A stretch of DNA of 64,000 bases, from IMG/VR virus record IMGVR_UViG_3300020187_001966. One strand, given 5' to 3'. The notes beneath the pieces were generated by a model, which had not been told where the DNA came from, ran no database searches, and worked only from the letters and a program-made list of their open reading frames with translations. Source of the DNA: a virus. Its lineage: Duplodnaviria; Caudoviricetes. Below, piece by piece: positions 57,530-64,000 of the stretch. The translations under genes and the position numbers were made by a program. Each line of letters begins with the position of its first letter. Within the stretch, counting starts at the first letter, position 1.

Positions 57530-58913
57530 CTAATAAATTCCATTCATTAATTAATTCTGCTAGTCTAGGGTGTAGTGTATCATTAAATGATTCAATTCTA
57601 ATGCCATCGAACGCTATAGTTCTTTTAGCACATTGCTTACGTAATCGGTTAACATCATTAGGATCTACCAGTGGGTTACGCAACCTATCCAATAACAAAT
57701 GTATTCTAGTGCTTGCCATATAATTATCAAAGTCTTGATAAACATCAATTACACGACCCTTGTACTCAGCAGAATTAATATACTCATCAATTTCATCTGC
57801 AATTTGTAATCTATCCGACTCTGGTAATATTTCAATATTAAATTCATGTGGGTGTTCGATTAAATTTATTACTGGCTTGCCATGACGTTGTTGCATACCG
57901 TAATCATACCAATATTTTAGTGTATTTTTAATATTAAAAATATTATATATTCCAACTGCGCTCAAATAGTTCACAGTACAGTTTGGCAAATCCATAAATG
58001 CTAACATGTTATTATGCATAACTTCACTATTGGCATTCTTACGTTGATATTCATTTACTTTAGGATCTAAAACTAAATTACTATCACCACTAAAATCTAT
58101 TCTTACTTCAGTGAAATATTTAAGTAATCTAATAATTTTACCCTTCCCAATACTTCCATTTGTAGTAATAGCTAAAACAAAATCAGTGTTACCAGTTTCT
58201 ACACACCACTGTATTAATTGTATACATCCAGGGGTACTTAATGGTTCTCCTCCAACAAGTTTTAAAACAACAAAGTTATTATGACTGAGCCAGTTGTGTA
58301 AACTATTCTGTGTTTCTGGATTATTAACCCATTTGCTCATATCTTTAAATGTAAGTCCAGTAGTTGCTTTAGGATCAGCTGGATCAACTCCTGTTACATA
58401 AGCGCCAGTTTCTTTGTATACTTCTGTGTGTTCTATCTGTTCGTTATCAATACTATCACTAACACCAGGAGTACACATTCTACATTTGTAGTTACATATA
58501 TGTCCAGGACGGACGTCTGCCCACATTGGGGTATTATAGCTATTACCAGTTTCTACATTAATATCCCAATCATCATCAATGTGACCAGATACTGCCCAGT
58601 GTTGTGATATCATTTTATTTGCTATAGCTCTATCACTACCCGGACCTTGCGCATCCTGTTTCCAACATGTTCTACATTCTGGTAGTGCTTCACCATCTAG
58701 CATACGCTGTCGTCGTTCTTTATACCAATCACCAGTCCAATGTTTTTGTAAATCAGGTTCATCACGAACATTAGGACGATATCCTAACTCATGCCGGTAT
58801 GCTGCCAAACAACAAAGTGCTACTTCACCTTCAGTTGTGATATGTCCTTGAGTAAATGGTATTGAACAAAATCTAGGATTTTCTTCTATTTGTGTTTGAT
58901 ATAATTTTTTCAT
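57522..58913 (-). CDS. Radical SAM enzyme with N-terminal twitch-like domain
   Basis: CSIPF..ALCC, CRTCW, CNYKCRMC, VGGEP. Confidence 0.9.
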   Translation of the reverse strand: MKKLYQTQIEENPRFCSIPFTQGHITTEGEVALCCLAAYRHELGYRPNVRDEPDLQKHWTGDWYKERRQRMLDGEALPECRTCWKQDAQGPGSDRAIANKMISQHWAVSGHIDDDWDINVETGNSYNTPMWADVRPGHICNYKCRMCTPGVSDSIDNEQIEHTEVYKETGAYVTGVDPADPKATTGLTFKDMSKWVNNPETQNSLHNWLSHNNFVVLKLVGGEPLSTPGCIQLIQWCVETGNTDFVLAITTNGSIGKGKIIRLLKYFTEVRIDFSGDSNLVLDPKVNEYQRKNANSEVMHNNMLAFMDLPNCTVNYLSAVGIYNIFNIKNTLKYWYDYGMQQRHGKPVINLIEHPHEFNIEILPESDRLQIADEIDEYINSAEYKGRVIDVYQDFDNYMASTRIHLLLDRLRNPLVDPNDVNRLRKQCAKRTIAFDGIRIESFNDTLHPRLAELINEWNLLDE

Positions 58914-59947
58914 TTTTTAACTTTTTTCTTCTTCTTCTCAACATTTGATAATGTAACAGTAGTATCAGTAATTTGCAAAGTATCTGCGTATTCTAGTATA
59001 CGTTTTAATTCTGGAAAATAATCTTTCCAGTATTGGACTTGCTTGTCTCCTTGTAAAACAATATCTTTCTTAAATTGTAACATAGCCATCTTATCAGTAT
59101 CAATTGTAGTATTTAAATCTTCACTAATCTCTGCTAGTAATAGTTTAATACTGTTATCAGAATCTGTCCATACCTTTCGGTAATCATTATAAAATGCTGT
59201 GTACTGCGCATTTATATAGTCTACAATCTCACTCTCTAGTGGTACAATATCAATGTTTGATATAGAAAATTTGATATCAATATCTAATCGTTCTTTAAGG
59301 AACCAAATCAAATCCAATATATGTAAGATGTTCATTGTATTAACTGAAATAACAATACCAACTTCTGTGTTAGGCAAATCATAAGCATATTTAATAATAC
59401 TAAAAAGAGCAAACTCTTTGTCACTAGACCAAGTATTTGGATATTCCATGAAGTCAAAATGCTCATAAATTCCTGATAACTCTACTACAAATCTGATACT
59501 ATAGAATTTATCAAGTAATTCGTTACCAATTTCTGTTAGTGTAATATCAATATCATGTGTTGTGTTAACACGGAATACTAAAATAGTAGTGAGACTATCA
59601 GCAGACTCCACCATTTTTTCAAGTAATGACATTAATTTTTTAGTATCATGTAGTACATCATTGGGTACCACATATTCACAATCTTTCCAAAATGATTGCT
59701 TCATTTCAATTAGTTCTTGCTCAGTACTGCCTGTAATGTTAACTAATTTGTCTAGAAAGTAATCGCCTACTTCACGATTAAAGAAGCATCCAGTTTGAAC
59801 TTTTACATCACTATCATATCTAAATGTGCGGGCAATTAATTCTGTATGTTGACTATATCCGTATCCCATACTGCTTGCTCTAGCAACCATTGGTTTAACT
59901 CTGTCATCAGCAGCGCCAGCAAGTAATTTTGTTACATTTTTATTCAT
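58910..59947 (-). CDS. Degenerate radical-SAM-like protein lacking the Fe-S cysteines
   Basis: C-terminal half (VELSGIYEHFDFMEYPNTW, ISVNTMNILHI, DYFPEL) parallels the active paralogs; no CxxxCxxC. Confidence 0.45.
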   Translation of the reverse strand: MNKNVTKLLAGAADDRVKPMVARASSMGYGYSQHTELIARTFRYDSDVKVQTGCFFNREVGDYFLDKLVNITGSTEQELIEMKQSFWKDCEYVVPNDVLHDTKKLMSLLEKMVESADSLTTILVFRVNTTHDIDITLTEIGNELLDKFYSIRFVVELSGIYEHFDFMEYPNTWSSDKEFALFSIIKYAYDLPNTEVGIVISVNTMNILHILDLIWFLKERLDIDIKFSISNIDIVPLESEIVDYINAQYTAFYNDYRKVWTDSDNSIKLLLAEISEDLNTTIDTDKMAMLQFKKDIVLQGDKQVQYWKDYFPELKRILEYADTLQITDTTVTLSNVEKKKKKVKK

Positions 59948-60981
59948 ATTAATTCTACTATAGGTTTAATTTTGGTTAATAAGTTATAATCAGTTATTGT
60001 ATTTTCTACTATCTTACCCAATGGAGGAGATAGTACTTGAACGTCAGCAAGGCCATATCCTTTAGCCCATTTACTAAATGAGCTGTCAGTAAACGAAGAA
60101 TGAGCATTTCCAAAATGTAAAGTCATACATCCATTAATATGCTCTATATTACGTATATCTGCTTCACTGGCATCATCATACTGAGTATAACATGTTTCAT
60201 AATCTTTGCCGCCAATACTTTTATGAACTACAACATCGTATTCACTGTGATTTTCTGGAAAACTATCTAATAATTCTTGATAGGTAATAGTTCCTAAGAA
60301 GTTATCGTTACAGAATTCATCACGTAAACATACTTTATCTTCTGTAAATGTAAAGTCCTTGTCCCACTTTATATTAAATCTACTATTGGTTAAGGTATCT
60401 GATCCCATATCATTTAATACTTGCTGAGCAGCTAAACTGTGTCGGCGATCTTCGTAAATATGTACGTTAGCATTAATAATATGTATTTCTCGGTCAAATG
60501 CTGCCATATCAATTACAGTGTAATCTCGTGGAGCATGTTTTCTAACATACTGCCTTACTTCTATACTACTAAGTGTTTTGCATTCTAGTAATTGTTCTTC
60601 TGTTAATCCATGATGCCAACATGATGCGGTGAAAGAAGCTGTAGTAAAGCATCTATGAATTCGATTAGTTTGCATCCAACTCATACCTTCATATGCTCGA
60701 TATGGATACTTTTCACCATGTATTATCTGATTAACTTTGTCAATTGACTGGTTAATTTTTATAACTGCGTTTCGTTGTTGCTCAATAGCATCATCACATT
60801 GTGAATCATGTATTTTTCCAGTTTCCCCATAGCTAAACATATTTACAGGTTCTGCTACTGAGGGGATATTTAAATCTGTGTATCTGTTAAAAATAGTTAA
60901 CCATTTTTTTACTAGCGGTGTATCTAATAATTCAATGAGCAAATGCTCAGTGTTAAATGTTATCTTTACATATTGTGTCAT
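59944..60981 (-). CDS. Hypothetical protein
   Basis: 345 aa; NRIHRCF, IHIINANVHIYE, GKDYETC; resembles 63510. Confidence 0.7.
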   Translation of the reverse strand: MTQYVKITFNTEHLLIELLDTPLVKKWLTIFNRYTDLNIPSVAEPVNMFSYGETGKIHDSQCDDAIEQQRNAVIKINQSIDKVNQIIHGEKYPYRAYEGMSWMQTNRIHRCFTTASFTASCWHHGLTEEQLLECKTLSSIEVRQYVRKHAPRDYTVIDMAAFDREIHIINANVHIYEDRRHSLAAQQVLNDMGSDTLTNSRFNIKWDKDFTFTEDKVCLRDEFCNDNFLGTITYQELLDSFPENHSEYDVVVHKSIGGKDYETCYTQYDDASEADIRNIEHINGCMTLHFGNAHSSFTDSSFSKWAKGYGLADVQVLSPPLGKIVENTITDYNLLTKIKPIVELI

Positions 60982-62174
60982 CCAATTACCTCAAATTTTG
61001 GTGTACAGAAGATTAGTTTTCCGCCATCAGCAATCCAATCTTTCATTATACGATTGACAAATAAGTCTTTGAAATGGAATGGAAATACCAAAAAGTAATC
61101 AGCATCAGCTTTAGCATCATCTTCGTGTACAATTGGAATACTACTGCCTACTAGATACTTATCTATCTTATCTGGATGTATTTCTGCTGCTCCAGTAATG
61201 GTGTTACTGTCTAATCCATAATACTGCATAATAGTATTACCTTTAGTACTTGCGCCCATAATATAGATTTTTTTACCAGCTTCTACTTCTTGATTAATAA
61301 AATCCATAGTGCGTTGTCGATTTTCATCAATATTATCAGCCCATTCAGCTATACGAGTAGATGTAATATCTTCCGCATATTCAATACTACCAGTAGTATA
61401 GTGCCTAATGAATAACTGATAACTGCCGCCATTGATATCATTCTCACGTACTTTATATATTTCAAGACCATGTCTTTCCATTAATACTACTAAACTACGA
61501 TAGCTATAGTATTCAATATGTTCGTGAATTACATTACCCAAGTCGTTTGTTGATAGCATTGGCGCTGCAGTCATTAATTGACAAAGCCAAATTCCTTTGT
61601 CACTGAGTACTTGTTTAATGTCAGCAACAAAGCTATTAGGATCATCCAAGTCATAAAACATGGCAACTGTAGTAATAGCATCTGCTTTCTGTGCGCCTAC
61701 ATACTTGGACCAATTGTCGTAGTTAAAAAAGTCACCAATCATAGTATCACAATGGTTTTCTAGTTCACTGTGTATATTTTTAGCAGGGTCACAACCAACT
61801 CTCATATATAAATCACTATCATAATTACTAAGTAGTGTTCCGTCGTTTGCTCCAATATCTAATACAACTGAGTTAGGTTTTAAATCCGCTTCTTGTGTAA
61901 TATCTTGTACAATGCTTGCTAAATTGTCAACAATTTTTTTGTTTAGTCTTGACAGATACCAATAGTTCTCGTATAGTTCTTGCTCACGTACTGTATGACT
62001 TAATTGTATTAGGTCACATTCTTCACAGTGCATTAGTGTTAGTGGAGCGCTGCCCACATCTGTATTTGGTAATTTAGTAAACGCATTTATCTTTAGCTCA
62101 CCAATATCAAAAATAGTTTTATGTAAAGTTGCTGAACAGCTTCTACACTCTTTAACTTTTTTAACTTGTCTCAT
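60978..62174 (-). CDS. NDP-hexose C-methyltransferase-like enzyme
   Basis: N-terminal CRSC..C..C zinc site, DIGANDGTLL, HEHIEYYS, GASTKGNT. Confidence 0.88.
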   Translation of the reverse strand: MRQVKKVKECRSCSATLHKTIFDIGELKINAFTKLPNTDVGSAPLTLMHCEECDLIQLSHTVREQELYENYWYLSRLNKKIVDNLASIVQDITQEADLKPNSVVLDIGANDGTLLSNYDSDLYMRVGCDPAKNIHSELENHCDTMIGDFFNYDNWSKYVGAQKADAITTVAMFYDLDDPNSFVADIKQVLSDKGIWLCQLMTAAPMLSTNDLGNVIHEHIEYYSYRSLVVLMERHGLEIYKVRENDINGGSYQLFIRHYTTGSIEYAEDITSTRIAEWADNIDENRQRTMDFINQEVEAGKKIYIMGASTKGNTIMQYYGLDSNTITGAAEIHPDKIDKYLVGSSIPIVHEDDAKADADYFLVFPFHFKDLFVNRIMKDWIADGGKLIFCTPKFEVIG

Positions 62175-62877
62175 GTGCTTTATCTCCTGTTATGTGTTCG
62201 TATATACTGTGTGCGTAATGAAAGTGAGCTTGTTCGTTAGGATGATTATCATCTTTGCTTACTTTACCGTATTTCTCACGAAATTCTAAAATATATATAG
62301 ATGGCACTTGTACTCTATTAAACACTTCTTTGTCTGCTATATGGTCAGGGTATGTAACAAAATGATATACCTGCGGACACTTAAAAATATGCTTTATCAT
62401 TAGATCAATATGATTCATCATCATTGACATATCAACTATAGCATCATACTCATCATAAAGCAAGTTGTAATATGCGTCAGCTTGCTTTACTAGATGCTTA
62501 CTTATATTTCTTTTTGTACGTTCTTGTTTTGAATGTTTTTTCATAAGCCAAGGACGTAGTGTAGGGTTTTTCCTAATTTGTTTTCTATTACTACATTCTA
62601 TTTTATCATATTCAGCTTTGTCATGATCTACTGGGTTTGTTATTATAGTATGTCTTCCTATATGTGTCCAATTGAACACTACTATGTCTGATTCAGTAAA
62701 GTTTTGGTAGTTACATGCTGTATACCAAATTTGTTTATTACTACTTCCGCCATCACCTTGGTTATCTAAATCCAAACTAAGCAATTTGCTTAGTATACTA
62801 GGCCAAGGTTTATTAGGATCAGTAAATGTTCCCTGTGTATAACTACACCCAAATGTAACTAACTTAGTCAATGGCAC
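62161..62877 (-). CDS. SGNH/GDSL hydrolase-like protein
   Basis: FGCSYTQG block I, GSSN, D..HP block V. Confidence 0.65.
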   Translation of the reverse strand: MPLTKLVTFGCSYTQGTFTDPNKPWPSILSKLLSLDLDNQGDGGSSNKQIWYTACNYQNFTESDIVVFNWTHIGRHTIITNPVDHDKAEYDKIECSNRKQIRKNPTLRPWLMKKHSKQERTKRNISKHLVKQADAYYNLLYDEYDAIVDMSMMMNHIDLMIKHIFKCPQVYHFVTYPDHIADKEVFNRVQVPSIYILEFREKYGKVSKDDNHPNEQAHFHYAHSIYEHITGDKAHETS

Positions 62878-62908
62878 ACTCTCGATAAACTTTAATTATC
62901 TGTCTCAC
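62864..62908 (-). CDS. Possible 14-aa minigene MRQIIKVYRECAID
   Basis: GTGA overlap with the 62905 stop; overlaps the next start. Confidence 0.3.
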   Translation of the reverse strand: MRQIIKVYRECAID

Positions 62909-63519
62909 AATAGTTCCCAATCTGTTAATACTTGTTCAGCACGTTGTAATAGTTCTGGAGTATAGTGATTTAATTTTGTTGGCATATCATCTGTTTGTAC
63001 CAATCCCCATGGATTATTATCAATTAAGTCTTCATATTTAATCTGATAATCAAACATATGGTTGTACTTACGATATGTACACTGCTCATGAATTAAAATT
63101 GCTTCATAAGAAATTAAAGTATCTTCTTCAAACTTTAAATCAGTAGGAGTAGTATACGTTTCACCAGCGTTAGGGTACCATTGTCCTTTATGCCATGCGA
63201 TTGCGTTACTTAAAAAATGTTCTACTCTATTTTCTCTGTACAACCATACAAACTCAATTTTATCACGGTAAGGTTGAAATTTATTAAGATCAACATTTTC
63301 GTCAGTAAATATTTTAGTAACAAATGGATCGTGCTTAAACAAATCAACTATACGAGTATCTAAATCATATGTGTCATTTTTATTATTACTTTCACTTAAA
63401 CTAAGTGGTGCTCCAATATATCCAGTTCTTTCAAATGCGGAGACTAACCAACTGCTGCCAGACCTAGCTGGTGTTACAATGATTTTATTTTTGTAGTTAT
63501 CAATTATATTCATTTCCAT
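62905..63519 (-). CDS. Sulfotransferase-like protein
   Basis: TPARSGSSWL PAPS-binding loop, LYREN..FLS, IKYEDL. Confidence 0.65.
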   Translation of the reverse strand: MEMNIIDNYKNKIIVTPARSGSSWLVSAFERTGYIGAPLSLSESNNKNDTYDLDTRIVDLFKHDPFVTKIFTDENVDLNKFQPYRDKIEFVWLYRENRVEHFLSNAIAWHKGQWYPNAGETYTTPTDLKFEEDTLISYEAILIHEQCTYRKYNHMFDYQIKYEDLIDNNPWGLVQTDDMPTKLNHYTPELLQRAEQVLTDWELL

Positions 63520-64000
63520 TCCACTCTCAATACTGGTTCTTGTAATACACTATCCCAGTCAATATCTGCCTTGTTTGTACAAGTACCCAATGGTATTTTA
63601 CCAATACAAAAAGGATCAGTTGGTACTCCATGATCAATTAGCCATTTTTGAAATTCTGGGTGTTTTAATACTTCAACAGTCATACTGTTAGGTTGTAATT
63701 CCCAACCTGGACAGTAAGTTTTGTCAATATTTGTTATATCAAATTGAGCAGGATTATCCATATTTACCCAACATGTATAATACTCTTTACCTAGTACAGC
63801 AAATGGTAACCAAAGATCAGGTTCTGTATCGTAAGTACATAAACTACGCAATGTGTTGTCAATTTCGAATACATCAAAAGCAGTATCTTTGCCACTAGTA
63901 TATCTTTGAATGATGTGCCGGCCATCATTAATATCATAACCCCATGCCCGTAATTCATTAACTCTTGGACTATTGACCGTTTCTTCATACCAATGTATAT
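63510..64000 (-). CDS. Hypothetical protein, 5' end outside the window; resembles 59944
   Basis: Frame stays open from 63851 to the window edge (..IHWYEE..LPFAVLGKEYYTCWVNMDNP..). Confidence 0.65.
   Translation of the reverse strand, partial: IHWYEETVNSPRVNELRAWGYDINDGRHIIQRYTSGKDTAFDVFEIDNTLRSLCTYDTEPDLWLPFAVLGKEYYTCWVNMDNPAQFDITNIDKTYCPGWELQPNSMTVEVLKHPEFQKWLIDHGVPTDPFCIGKIPLGTCTNKADIDWDSVLQEPVLRVEWK

Noticed and set aside
23424-62908. A classical RiPP precursor for the SPASM/twitch enzymes
   Set aside because: None of the small ORFs shows a leader/core layout, a double-glycine site or repeated cores, and no PqqD/RRE, peptidase or exporter gene was recognised.
613-63988. Many short ORFs in the track lying antisense or out of frame to longer genes (e.g. 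613, 2470, 3759, 9418, 16108, 16861, 35243, 50205, 52288, 52624)
   Set aside because: They are shadows of motif-bearing genes, with no RBS or recognisable motifs.
23681-64000. The array as a bacterial chromosomal island or assembly chimera
   Set aside because: It uses the same late-promoter boxes, overlap style and AT-richness as the phage-like left half, and has no housekeeping, integrase or tRNA junction. Read-level confirmation is still needed.
1-64000. Stop-codon reassignment or selenocysteine recoding
   Set aside because: metK, thyA, folA and the radical SAM genes are full length in the standard code, and TAA, TAG and TGA all serve as real stops.
1-64000. tRNA, rRNA, CRISPR array, or intron in thyA
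   Set aside because: Intergenic gaps are nearly all under 200 nt with no cloverleaf or repeat-spacer pattern seen, and thyA is uninterrupted.

Overview
AT-rich segment of a large tailed dsDNA phage with T4-like traits. Evidence: dense overlapping small ORFs, TATAAATA-type late promoters beside near-consensus sigma70 promoters, an RNase H/5'-3' exonuclease, thyA, DHFR, a free-standing GIY-YIG endonuclease and a MoxR/vWA pair. The left 23.7 kb is mostly on the + strand and carries nucleotide and DNA-modification genes (PRTase, two N4/N6 DNA methyltransferases, queE, metK), conserved hypotheticals and a tctA/tctC transporter pair. From 23681 to the window end, about 40 kb runs entirely on the - strand as a tightly coupled tailoring-enzyme array. 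It holds 15 radical SAM enzymes with intact CxxxCxxC motifs (2 cobalamin-dependent), one stand-alone SPASM/twitch domain, one Cys-less radical SAM homologue, 4 QueC-like PP-loop proteins, 2 nitroreductase-fold proteins, 5 putative Fe(II)/2OG or cupin oxygenases (a sixth lies just before it on the + strand) and several sulfotransferase-like proteins. It also has single carbamoyltransferase, NDP-sugar C-methyltransferase, GT-A, SGNH, SDR, PLP and adenylation enzymes. Part of the array sits behind late promoters. The substrate is unknown. All product calls come from motifs read by eye, with no database search. Several starts were moved from the ORF track using RBS and overlap evidence. No tRNA, rRNA or CRISPR array was seen.
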